Shown here piece after piece: positions 26,024 to 37,095 of a DNA stretch of 64,000 bases (the stretch's first letter is position 1; the number at the start of each line of letters is the position of its first letter). The DNA lies in the NCBI GenBank assembly GCA_905178155.1, contig CAJINV010000015.1, positions 333,309 to 397,308 on the forward strand, written 5' to 3'. Both the position numbers and the translations under genes were made by a program. The stretch comes from Amoebophrya sp. A120 (lineage: Eukaryota; Protista; Dinoflagellata). Below the pieces are notes generated by a model. It was not told the origin of the DNA. It worked only from the letters and a program-made list of their open reading frames with translations, and ran no database searches.

Positions 26024-27096
26024 ATTGGATAAGGGGCGGGGGAGAAGGAGAGCGGCCTTCACCGTTCCTAGGCCTCCAACTCTGCCTTCCCCCGTATTGA
26101 ACTCTCTGTCACCATGGGAAGCATGGGCACGAGAGAACTGGCAAACAACGGGTGGGTGGGTGGGATTTCTGAAAAATTCAACTCCCCGGCCCCTCTTCCC
26201 CAAGGAAAAGGTCCAGCCGGTGGACCGTGCAGTAGCTTACCAGGGATTTGCTAGCCCTTGAACCAAAACCGTCGCGTATCGTCTCTTAGTCGAAAACGAT
26301 GCACCGGGGTGCATCCATATTTCGACTCGTTCCTGCTGTTCCGTTATCCACCCGTGCAAGCCCATTGGATAAGGGGCGGGGGAGAAGGAGAGCGGCCTTC
26401 ACCGTTCCTAGGCCTCCAACTCTGCCTTCCCCCAAACGACGCATCGCCGACGGCCCGGAGAACCCATGCTCAGCTGCTGAATCCGGGCAACAGGAGGAGG
26501 TGGAGGCCCCACTAGGTGGCCATCACCTTCGCCACCGCCAAACGTGCTTTCTCGTTGTCCTTGCGCATTGCCGTTCGTTTGGCGGTGGCGAAGGTGATGG
26601 CCACCTAGTGGGGCCTCCACCTCCTCCTGTTGCCCGGATTCAGCAGCTGAGCATGGGTTCTCCGGGCCGTCGGCGATGCGTCGTTTGGGGGAAGGCAGAG
26701 TTGGAGGCCTAGGAACGGTGAAGGCCGCTCTCCTTCTCCCCCGCCCCTTATCCAATGGGCTTGCACGGGTGGATAACGGAACAGCAGGAACGAGTCGAAA
26801 TATGGATGCACCCCGGTGCATCGTTTTCGACTAAGAGACGATACGCGACGGTTTTGGTTCAAGGGCTAGCAAATCCCTGGTAAGCTACTGCACGGTCCAC
26901 CGGCTGGACCTTTTCCTTGGGGAAGAGGGGCCGGGGAGTTGAATTTTTCAGAAATCCCACCCACCCACCCGTTGTTTGCCAGTTCTCTCGTGCCCATGCT
27001 TCCCATGGTGACAGAGAGTTCAATACGGGGGAAGGCAGAGTTGGAGGCCTAGGAACGGTGAAGGCCGCTCTCCTTCTCCCCCGCCCCTTATCCAAT
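26024..27096. repeat. 1073-bp palindrome (521-bp arms, 31-nt loop 26545-26575)
   Basis: 26024-26544 is the reverse complement of 26576-27096; ORF track shows identical mirror ORFs on both strands. Confidence 0.95.
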
Positions 27097-27306
27097 AGCG
27101 CTGCCCAGTCCTAAAGTCGCCTCCTGCGAAGCTTCATCATCATCATCATCGTCCGCCCCTTCCAGTAGGGCCAGCTCTTTCGCGCAAATAGTTTGCGCCT
27201 TCTTCTTCTTGATCGCCGCGGGGGCGGCAGCCTTCGCGTGCACCTTCCCCACCTTCCCTTTCGGCTTCGCAGCCGCTTTCTTCATAGCCTTAGCCTTGGG
27301 TGCCAT
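27088..27306 (-). CDS. small Lys/Ala-rich basic protein with acidic patch (H1/HLP/DVNP-like composition), possibly truncated by the palindrome
   Basis: MAPKAKAMKKAAAKPKGKVGKVHAKAAAPAAIKKKK...DDDDDDE; stop lies inside the palindrome arm. Confidence 0.55.
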   Translation of the reverse strand: MAPKAKAMKKAAAKPKGKVGKVHAKAAAPAAIKKKKAQTICAKELALLEGADDDDDDEASQEATLGLGSAIG

Positions 27307-27831
27307 AGTGGTCCTAGTTATGTTCGAAAAGAGTAAGAGCCGTAAGTGCCTCAAGCTGTAAGATGATGTGCCGGACTATGCCTAAAACTAGAGCACAGCC
27401 AAATCCCCTGTAGAAATGAAAACCCAAATTGCGGCGGAAATGAAGCTAGGCATAAGCATCCTGGAGCTCGAGCGACGCTCTATCACACCGGATCTAATGA
27501 ACAGAAGCATTTCGTCAGAGCATGGATCCCGAAGACCAGCAATTTAGTGCGATTTATAGACACTCACACCGGGATACCGAAAAATGAACCCAATGAAATT
27601 TCTGAACCCGATTTGCGCACAGCAGAAGCTTCCGCTGTGAAATGCAAGGAAATAAGGAAAGTAACCACATGCCAGCTCCCTACGTCGAAAGACCTAAGTA
27701 CCTCATGGCGCTCCTCTTCACAGAGCGCATTTCTATTTCAAGAGACCGCGCCACATCCTACTGCCCATCGGCATTGATTTCAATAATTTAGGACCTTGCA
27801 CTGTTTGGCATGAAGATGTGACTTTGACACA

Positions 27832-28770
27832 CTACGAGAGGTTCCGGAGAGGGAGCCAGGAGCACACCAAGTCCCCATCTTTGTGTCTTTCAAAATCCTC
27901 AGAGTAGTCGAAAAATGTCCCCGAAGCGTCCGACCAACCTTGTCGGAAATTGCACTCCTTGCGCGCTTTCTCCTGTTTCTTCGTTGACATTTTCGCCATT
28001 GCAGTACGGGCTGCCAGGGCGCAAGTTCTGCGAAGCCCATGCGGGGTAGAATCAAGCGCCTTCGTCGCGGTCACTATTTCCGCTCGGGAAATCGGAAAAA
28101 GCGTAGCCCAGTCTGCCACCTCACAAATCGGGCAGCAATTGATGCCCGGATAACCACAGCTGCGCTTGAGCTCTACCCGGCGGAACTGCGTTGTCTTGTC
28201 TTTCCTAACTTGTAGCTGTACCCCCTGCACGACAAAACGCTTGGCCTTCTTAATGCCCGTGAGAAAAACCTGCCGGCGGGAAATGTGGCACAGAGTATCT
28301 GCCCGGAGCCCCAAAGCGCACCCAACTACTACTATTTCGCGCTCCCTGCTTGACAAGTGCCCAAGCCCCGCCGTATGAAGTGGGCATGCTTTCTTCGGAA
28401 GCATCTGGCGGCTTTTGAGGTACCGCGTAACTGCTCTCTTTAGGCCTCGCAGCTGTCTCTCGAAGAGAACATTACGGATGCTCCCCCTCTCCGACTCCAC
28501 TGCTACCACGGAATCGAGGTAGGCGTTAGTGCTAGAATATCCACCGCCCGGCTGCGTCAGCAAATATGACGCGAAAACTCTCAGATGGGAAATCTTGACT
28601 ACTGAACCCGGAGCCGGACCTTGCTCAGCTCTAAACTTCTCCCAAGTACGGACATGTGAGGCCTGCGGACCAGCCCCCCCCGAGCCTGGGGCTCGTAACG
28701 CGTCGGGCTGACCCTCCCGAAAGGAAACGGGCATACTTTTACCAAACCTTCCACAGAAACTGGAGAGCAA
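27832..28770 (-). CDS. tyrosine recombinase / phage-integrase family protein
   Basis: Catalytic set in order: LGLRADTL (R), KDKT (K), HGLRR (HxxR), QGW (W), FFDY (Y). N-terminal core-binding-like segment LRVFASYL...YSSTNAYLDSV. No introns. First ATG at 28734. Confidence 0.9.
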   Translation of the reverse strand: MLSSFCGRFGKSMPVSFREGQPDALRAPGSGGAGPQASHVRTWEKFRAEQGPAPGSVVKISHLRVFASYLLTQPGGGYSSTNAYLDSVVAVESERGSIRNVLFERQLRGLKRAVTRYLKSRQMLPKKACPLHTAGLGHLSSREREIVVVGCALGLRADTLCHISRRQVFLTGIKKAKRFVVQGVQLQVRKDKTTQFRRVELKRSCGYPGINCCPICEVADWATLFPISRAEIVTATKALDSTPHGLRRTCALAARTAMAKMSTKKQEKARKECNFRQGWSDASGTFFDYSEDFERHKDGDLVCSWLPLRNLS

Positions 28771-29864
28771 ATTGAATACACCTATGCACTGGGTGTGCAG
28801 AAAAGAGAGGAGTCACCAGAAATCGAAGGGTGGACTTCAATCAAGCCTCAAGACAGAGCAATGAAAACTACCGGAAAGCAAACAACCTCGAGTCATAGTC
28901 AAGAGTAGCCTGTTGGAGAATTTCATGGACTTCGACCTAGTAAGAGAGGTAGACCAGCCGCGCAGTGAGGCAGTGTGCTAAACAGCGAGAACAATAGAGA
29001 CCCCATTTATTTTTCCAGAACAAGTTGGAGCCATCCCTAGATCGCCACAAAGCCCAAAAAGGGGATACATGGGGAACATTTCCGATCCTGAGCAGGAGGA
29101 GCTCGCAAATAGTATGTGTAAATCTTGATGGACCTTACGCCCAAAAACGGTTGATCGCTCGGCCCTAGAGCATAACAATACTACCATTTCTCTGACCAAC
29201 TCCGTCCCTGCGGTCGTAGGATAACGGGTTCTAACCGCCATTGCCTAGAGCCGAGCGACAAGCGTAAGGTCACTTTTCATCGGTGAGCCAATCTGCCTGC
29301 CACATCCCAAAGAAACCACTCCAACCGGAGGCAGCCGAGCCCAAGGGAAAAACCCCGCGTTTCCTATGCCTTGCCGGAAAACCCGACCCCGTCGTGTATT
29401 AACCACACGACCTCCTGATGCCTTACGTGGAGCCACGTATTCTTCCTGTTAGAGCCAAAAATCTCATCTGAGACCCATATCCGGAGGTATCCCAAGCCTC
29501 AAGCCCCCACTCTGCTAGCTGCAGAGACCGCTGCCATTTTCCCTCCTAGTTCTTCAAGATACCTCTACAAGAAAAACCCCAGCTATCTGCTGATCCGTGC
29601 CAAAGCTCCATCCCCTCTGAACAAAGGGGGGGTAACAACTAGGTGCCACCTACCCGCGCATCAGCGCCTTTCCTAATCTTCCGGAATTTCTGAAAAATTC
29701 AACTCCCCGGCCCCTCTTCCCCAAGGAAAAGGTCCAGCCGGTGGACCGTGCAGTAGCTTACCAGGGATTTGCTAGCCCTTGAACCAAATCCGTCGCGTAT
29801 CGTCTCTTAGTCGAAAACGATGCACCGGGGTGCATCCATAAATAAAAGCGACCCGATCATTGAC

Positions 29865-32261
29865 TCAACTCATCTGCTCCAGGCACCGCAAGGAAGACGC
29901 AGACGGGGTAAAAAGAAGGGGCGGGTCTTGTGTCACCGCTCTATCTGGCGGGCAGTTGTGGTGATCGTGGTGCTGTAGTGCATTACTTCTAAGAGCTTCA
30001 GCTGCACGTAGTTCTTCTTGGAGATCTATCCAGGAAAAAACAACCATCCCCATCCATTTTATGCATGACAAACAAAGGAGTTTATACATGTTTTGCATGA
30101 CAAATTGGATGGGGATGGGTGTTTTTTCCTGGATAAGATCTCGTTGCATACCGTCCGGCTGGTCGTGCTCTTCTTCCAGCACTCCCCGTGAAGGCGGGTC
30201 AGCACTTATCGTAAGGAAAAATCCCGCCTCCCCATATTGAAAAGGTATGCTTCCGAAAATTAGTGTTGCTGATTTGAGGTCACAAATCACGTTTGTCTTG
30301 CAAGAAGACAAGGGCAGAAGCTTCCGCCCCAATATGGAAGACATTTGTCATGCTGTTGGGCCTAAAGGGGAGCCGTTTGCCATCCTGAACAACTAGACCC
30401 GTGCGCCCCTACCTAGCCCGGGGATCTGGCCGCAATGCCTCTTTGCAATACAGCGCTGATTTGTGTAGTACACAAATACAGCATCAGAAGCTCCGTTTTG
30501 ATATGGGGAGGGGGGATTTTTCCTCTCAATAGCACTGGAACGAAAGTTCCCTCGATCACTCAAATTTTCCGCGTCAGAAGTCCTCGACACCATTTGCCCG
30601 TCTGTGTCTGTGAACACCACCGTCGGCCGGTGGACGGGCGGTGCTGCTGCTGCTCCTGCTGCGGCCTCCTGCAAACAGCCGCGTGCGAGTTCAAACATCG
30701 CCTCGCAGTCCGGGGAGAAAGAGTTGTACTCGAAAAGGCAATATCCTGCGCAAAAGTATCGTACTCAAACTGCAGTCATGCATTACAAATGCTTTTCTTA
30801 CGGTAAATCTTCACTACAAATTTCATTTCTCATACTGAGGAAATTTGTTATACATTTAGACGAGTACGATGCTTTTGCATTTCATAGGCAAACGTCCATC
30901 AATCGGGCGCGGCTTGTCCGCAAGCTGCCATGTTGAATCGGCAGGAGGGGAAGCTCCGATGACGATGAGGTGTAAGTGGTAGTGGTCCTGTTTTTTGTGC
31001 CCGTTCCGTGCTGGAAGAGACAGTCCGGGAATCCTAGATGACTCCTTCCGGATCCAGGTCGTAACGCTGAGGGGGAAGATGACGGAGTCGCAGGGACGAG
31101 TGGTGGAGACACTGCTCTTCTTGCTGAAGAAGTTCTTGTAGATCCAGGTGTAGTTGTACTAGCCATGGCCGCTGCTGCTCCACCGCTGCTGCAATAGTTT
31201 GACGGCCGCTCTTCGTCATCGTCTGTTCGGTAAAAATTCTGTACAGCGCCGTCGTTTTCTTCTCCCCGTCCTTTCGTCGGAAGTAGTGGGTTCAAGTGCG
31301 ACGGCTCCGACCTGCATGCCTGAACCGTCGTTGTTTCTGCTCCAGCGACCCTGTGTGGAGCAGCGTGCACGCGGCAGGATGGTTCAGGTATACTAGTACA
31401 ACACGGGGACTTTTCATGACTCGTGCTGTCTAAAAAAGTGTGTGGTTTCAATTTGCTTGCAGTTGGACTTGGGTCATCTGCTGCAACGGTATCCGAAGTT
31501 TCACTTTTACTCGACGGGCCGCCACTTCCCGAAGATATCGTGCTCTGCGGATCTGCTTTTTGGGCGAAAAAAAGCAGAGACGAAGATGTTGAGCAGCTTT
31601 TGGTGGAACAAATAAACCTCGACCCCGTTGCTTGGGCAGCGTTGGTTCCTGGGAAATGATCGTGTTCCTCCGTTTCTTCTTCATCTTCTGAAAACCGCAC
31701 TTTTTTGTTCATTTTCCGTGAACAAGAACTACCAAAGCTAATGCTTGTTCCTGGGCTCCCTGTAAATATTCCCTGCTCGTCACGACTGAAGATTTTTCTC
31801 GATGATGTGCTTCCCGATAGTACATCCTTAAGTTCCTTCGTTCCACTCGGAGACAAAATCGAAGCAGGTTGTTCTGGTCGGAGTTGTGTAGCACCGCCAT
31901 TCTTATCGTACTGCTCGTGGTGCACTTCTTCTAGGTGAGCCTTGTCAACATCACGACTACTGACGACCTCTCGTCCAGAAAGTTGCAGAAACACATTTGT
32001 GCTCGAAGAGGAGGAGGAGGAGGCAGCAGCGAGGACGCCGGTTGATTTATTTGATGCAGCATTCGCACAGCTCATCTCGTCGTCGTCGGAACGCATGCAC
32101 GGTCGTACTTGCTTTGGGTGATGCACGGTTGTTCTCTTCGGGAAAATACGCAAGTCCGGGTCATCGTGTAGAAGTAGAGCCTGGGGTGACGCCGAGCTGG
32201 TCGGTTGTTCTACACGAAAATCTCGTGCAGAAAGTATGGAAAAAAAAAAACAAACACGCAA
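29865..32261 (-). CDS. Gene 3: Ser/Thr-rich low-complexity hypothetical protein, 3 introners; 5' end uncertain
   Basis: 459-aa exon ORF; in-frame joins RSSA|DPPSRG and QRDL|QEELRA...LEQMS*. Confidence 0.65.
30027..30135. mobile_element. introner family I (109 bp, almost all hairpin)
   Basis: TIR tatccaggaaaaaac; DR agatc; in-frame junction. Confidence 0.9.
30207..30531. mobile_element. introner family C
   Basis: TIR; DR gcact; in-frame junction. Confidence 0.9.
30742..30886. mobile_element. introner family D
   Basis: TIR; DR ggcaa. Confidence 0.9.
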
Positions 32262-32427
32262 CAGGTTTAGTGGTAAAAGGATTTTCGAATAAAAATATCA
32301 TTTTGTAAATGACAAAGCGATTCTGCAGTTCCAAACGCGACGGTACACTGGTGATTTACAGGTAATAAAAGAAAGCAAAAAATACCACTTTGCGTGCTCT
32401 TGTATCAGCCGCAAATTTTGCGACCAA

Positions 32428-33900
32428 TATAGTTGGGGCTGAGTCCGTTACGGTTCGTTCCGGTTCGTTTCACCGTAACGAACGAATTTTCGTTCGTTCG
32501 TTACGGTTCGTTATGGTTAACGAACGAACGAACGAGTCCGTTTGTGGCATCAGAACGAACGAACGAACACACTGGCTTTGCCATCCAAGCGAACGAACGA
32601 ACGAACGAACGAACGAACGAATGCGTGTTCGTTCGTTCGTTCGTTCGTCATGGTTCGTTTCACCGTAACGAACGAACGAAGTGGCTTCGCGGGTCCGCTA
32701 ACGACCAAACGAACGAACGAATGGACTTTCGTTAGCTCGTTACGGTTCGTTTCACCGTAACGAACGAACGAACGAGCCCGATTCTATCTTCCTAACGAAC
32801 GAACGAACGAACGAATGGCTTTTCGTTCGTTCGTTCGTTATGGTTCGTTTCACCGTAACGAACGAACGAACGAAGTGGCTTTGCGCGGATCCGGGGCCCC
32901 GGAGATCGGAGACTTCGGGAAGCCGGAGTGCGCCTGCGGGGGGCGGCTCATCACAAAATTAGCCCTGCCATCCTTCGGAAGATTCCGCGCGGCGGTGCTA
33001 TGTGTTTTCGAAAGTAATGTTTATAAATGCAGGATGCCGTCGCGGGGAATATTCCGCAGGACGGTATTCTCGATTTATATGCGGAAGGGGGCCCTTCGAC
33101 CGGATGCTACACGGACGACCACGGAGAGGAGTCGCCCGCCGCCCCTTCCTGAGTGCCAGCCTCGACTGCCAGCCGGCAGATCGTTTATCGGAAAGGGGGG
33201 CAAGCCCCGCGATGGACTCGCCACGAAATCTGCCATGCCATCCTTCGGAATATTCCGCGCGGCGGCGCTATGTATTTTCGAATGCAGAAAGTCGCACGGA
33301 ATATTCCGAAGGATGGCGCAGCGGCTCGACATCAACCAGCCATGTCCGCCAGCTGCGCGACGTGCGCCAGGAAAGGGCGCCGGCCGTGACGCACCAAGGG
33401 GCTGCCCGCGCGGGGGACACACATGCAGGAACTTTTGGCCCCCACACTACTGATTCAGGCCGGCACACTCGGATGCCTAGAGCTCCACCCGGAACACGAG
33501 CACGGGTATGAAGTCGCATTTTTCTTCAACAAACCGCCGCCCCTCCGAAGTACTCACTGACCTTGTTCGCTAAAGAAAAACGAACAAAGCCGGCACCGGA
33601 GAAGGCGGCAATGCTGCCGAGCCGCCGACCTTCTTCGCCGTCTCGCGGAAGTTTTGGCCTTTTGCAGCTTTCACGCACAGACACCTTTTTCACACAATCA
33701 GATTCGTTCGTTACGGCGTGCCGGCTCCTGACGAGCTCGTTCGTTACGGTGAAACGAACCGTAACGAACCATAACGAACGAACGGAAGTTCGTTCGTTAC
33801 GGTGAAACGAACCATAACGAACCGTAACGAACGAACGAAAATTCGTTCGTTACGGTGAAACGAACCGGAACGAACCGTAACGGACTCAGCCCCAACTATA
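32428..33900. mobile_element. non-autonomous TIR element (1.47 kb), ~90-bp TIRs TATAGTTGGGGCTGAGTCCG, subterminal (AACG)n/(CGTT)n arrays
   Basis: 32428-~32518 is the reverse complement of ~33810-33900; no credible ORF. Confidence 0.9.
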
Positions 33901-34154
33901 CTCTTTGCGACACAATATACTTAGCTGTGGGGGGGTCCCTTGTCCCTTGTCCCTTTTTTTGGTCCGGAAGAGGGACAAGGGACAAAGGTCGGCTTTGAAG
34001 CGACGAAAGCGGCGAAAAGGTCCCTTGTCCCTTCTCTTGGTAGTGATTTGGACCAACTTTTTATCGGCCAAGAAAATCGAAAAAAAATCCGGTGGCGCGG
34101 CGAAACTGTAGAGGCCAGAGCCAACCAACGTAAGGGGGGCGATTCCCGATTCCC

Positions 34155-34930
34155 GAATTTTGCATTGCTCAAAATCGATTTTGCATTCCCGCAGACGCGG
34201 ATTTCACAAAATCGATTTTGCATTGCACGAAACCGAATCCCGCAAAATCGATTTTGCATTGCACAAAATCGATTTTGTATTGCACAGCATCGATTTTGCG
34301 TTGCACAAAACCGAATCCCGATTTTGCAGTGCACAAAATCGATTTTGCATTGCACAAAACCGAAAGCAGCAAAATCGATCTTGCATTGCACAGAAACGAT
34401 TTTGCATTGCACAAAATCGATTTTGCATTGCACAAAACCGAATCCCGATTTTGCATTGCACAAAATGGATTCTGCATTCCCGCAGACGCGGATTGCACAA
34501 AATCGATTTTGCATTGCACAAAACCGAATCCCGCAAAATCGATTTTGCATTGCACAAAATCGATCTTGCATTGCACAAAATCGATTTTGCACTGCACAAA
34601 ATCGATTTTGCTCTGCACAAAACCGAATCCCGATTCTGCATTGCACAAAACCGAATCCCGCAAAATCGATTTTGCATTGCACAAAATCGATTTTGCATGG
34701 CACACAACGCAGATTGCACAAAATCGAAGCCGCAGACGCGGATTGCACAAAACCCCTCCTCCAGACGCGCAATCCCGCAGATTGCACAAAATCGATTTTC
34801 CATTCCCCCAGAACGCAGCGCCGACCACAAGGCCGGTTTTGAGCTGACCACAGGTGGTTCGATGTTGTGGGTCGCGCAAGGGCTGTTGAAGGCCACACAA
34901 TCGCCCGACCACACAAAATCGATTTCGCAG
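34155..34930. repeat. minisatellite of ~21-bp units GCACAAAATCGATTTTGCATT with palindromic core AAAATCGATTTT; dispersed copies continue to ~37015
   Basis: direct reading. Confidence 0.9.
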
Positions 34931-35349
34931 CTTCCCAGGTCCGACAGAATCGAGCGGCCGCGTGGCTCAATATCGAGGCGGTGCGCCACGCAATCCGCCG
35001 GGCCGACGGACTAGGGGGGAGAGCTTCCAGCTATGCGCTTTAGCGGATCTCCCACAAAATCGATTTTGTGCGTCCGCCCTTTCTTCGCGGATGCAGTCTC
35101 CCACGCCAATGCCTTACCAACCCCCGTCCCAGCCCGCGCCCTCAGAGGTACGGGCAACGGGCCCTACCGGCCACAAAGTCGATTCTGCAACCCCTCAACC
35201 CTATGGACAACGTCGGCACCTTGCCGGACATTAGATTTTCCGGAGAGATCTGGACTTCCGGAAAGATCTCGGGAGATCGCTGCGGTCCGGATTTTCCGAC
35301 TTCCGGAAAATAGAGCTTCCGAGAAAATAGCAGAAAATCGATTTTGTGC

Positions 35350-35800
35350 CTCCATTACTATTCAATAGTAGCGAGATCGGACTAAACCTGGTCCATACCA
35401 TCGGCGGAGGCAGTTGCTTACTATCCAGTTGGTAAGCTGCTGCCAAAAATCCAAAAAAAATCCGAAGGCAGTCGCGCTCGAGGTGTCGCGCGCAAAAATC
35501 CGCGCTGTTTTGTGTTGCGTCCCGAGCAAAATAATAATTACTATTGAATAGTAACCAACTGCCTCCGCCGATGGTATGGACCAGGTTTGGTCCGTCTCCG
35601 TTACTATTGAATAGTAACTCGCGCGCACTTTTGGCGCATTTTTGGCGCACACTCGGGCGCACTTTTGGCACACAGAAAATCGACTTTGAAGCGCCTCCGA
35701 ATCTCTTGAAAGTGCAAGCGTTCGGATTTTTGGCAGCAGATTACCAACTGGATAGTAAGCAACTGCCTCCGCCGATGGTATGGACCAGGTTTGGTCCGTT
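35350..35800. repeat. internal inverted/direct repeat module (…CTGGTCCATACCATCGGCGGAGGCAGTTG…)
   Basis: copy at ~35385-35435, reverse-complement copies at ~35553-35590 and ~35742-35795. Confidence 0.8.
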
Positions 35801-37095
35801 CTCCTTAGCAATGAAGCAGAAAATCGATTTTCCGAGTCGATTTTCGATTTCGAGGACTTGCTGATGTCCCGATCTCGATTTTCGATTTCGGAAAATTCCG
35901 GATTTTTCGCAAACTCCGGACTTTTCGAAATTTCCGGAATTTCCGGAACCCGGAAAATCGATTTTTCGGCAGTCCCGGAAAGTCCAAGCAACGCGCGGAC
36001 TTCCGGAAAACTTGCTCCTCTGGATTTTCAGGAAGTTGGAAAATCGATTTTGGCAAACAGCCGGACAGCCACCTGCCTTACCCACATAGCAGGCCCGCGC
36101 CACCTCTTTTGCCCGCACCACCACTGACGCGGACATCGCACAAGGAGCGGTCCAACAAAATCGATTTTGCACGCCTCGGGTGATTGAACCCGCAGACGAT
36201 TCTGCGAGCCTGAAATAACTAAAATCCCCGACTCTGCGCCCCATCAAGCGCCCAGCGGCTGTCGAGGACTGAGCCGCGGCACCCACCGAGGGCTGTCTGT
36301 TTACAAAATCGATTTTGCGACCCCCGCGCCAGCCGAGAGCCTGTTCCTGGCGCCTCTACGGAGCTCAGAACACGCAGACGGGGCCCATGCCGCTCCCGCG
36401 GCTTTTCAGAACTTGGGCCCGGATGTAAGTCACAAGCTCGGGCGTTTTTCATTGCTTTCTACGCTGGGCCAACGCGATGAATGTGCGGAACTTCATCGGG
36501 GCGCAAGTTCTGGAATTCGCGATCATCCCTAAGCCTGTAGCGTGCGAGCGAAACATCGATCCAAGGCGGGCAGAGGCCCGTCCTCTGCGACTTCGCCCCA
36601 CGCAATCAATTTTGCAGCTTTTGCCGGATTTTCCGGCTTTTGTGTTGGTAAAATCGATTTTGCGACCACGCGCGGATTGTGTGGCCCCGCCCGAGGATAG
36701 GGCATCTTCGAAAAGCGTGCCCGAAGGGTGCGCACAAAATCGAATCTGTCCGCGGGTACTCACAAAATCGATTTTGTGAGCACCGCCCGCCGGGCGGAAC
36801 ATGACAACCCGGCGCCCCCAACCCGGCTGCGGGAATCTTTCTGGCAGCCCGGACGCTCCAGGGTGGGGCCTAACGCCTCAGGACACCGGCAAAAACTGCC
36901 GCGAGACCGAGTTGGCGCATTCTCGAGCTTCGAGAACGCGGGCAACCGACTTCGTTTCGCGCTACTTTGCTTCGCTTGTGGACGTTAGCAGCCGCGGCAC
37001 AAAGTCGATTTTTTGCGGCGTGCCTGGATTTTTTGCGGATTTTTTTCCGATTTTCTTAACATTTTTGAAGTCGGTCCAAATCAGTACTAACTTCT

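Larger units (their letters stand above)
25979..29840 (-). mobile_element. Tyrosine-recombinase element with split direct repeats (DIRS/Ngaro/PAT-like layout A1-YR-...-B1-A2-B2), no recognisable RT
   Basis: A repeat 155 bp at 29686-29840 and 26165-26319 (1 mismatch); B repeat 115 bp at 26319-26433 and 25979-26093; YR ORF inside. Confidence 0.8.

Noticed and set aside
26025-27095. Paired identical ORFs on opposite strands
   Set aside because: Consequence of the palindrome, not genes.
28780-29680. Possible gag/RT/RNase H remnant upstream of the YR
   Set aside because: Only short ORFs and no YxDD or RNase H motif recognisable by eye; a TBLASTN/HMM search is needed.
33921-35014. 200-350 aa ORFs in all six frames (QNRFCIA/KIDFALH repeats)
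   Set aside because: Produced by a stop-free palindromic minisatellite inside a TIR element; no coding signal.
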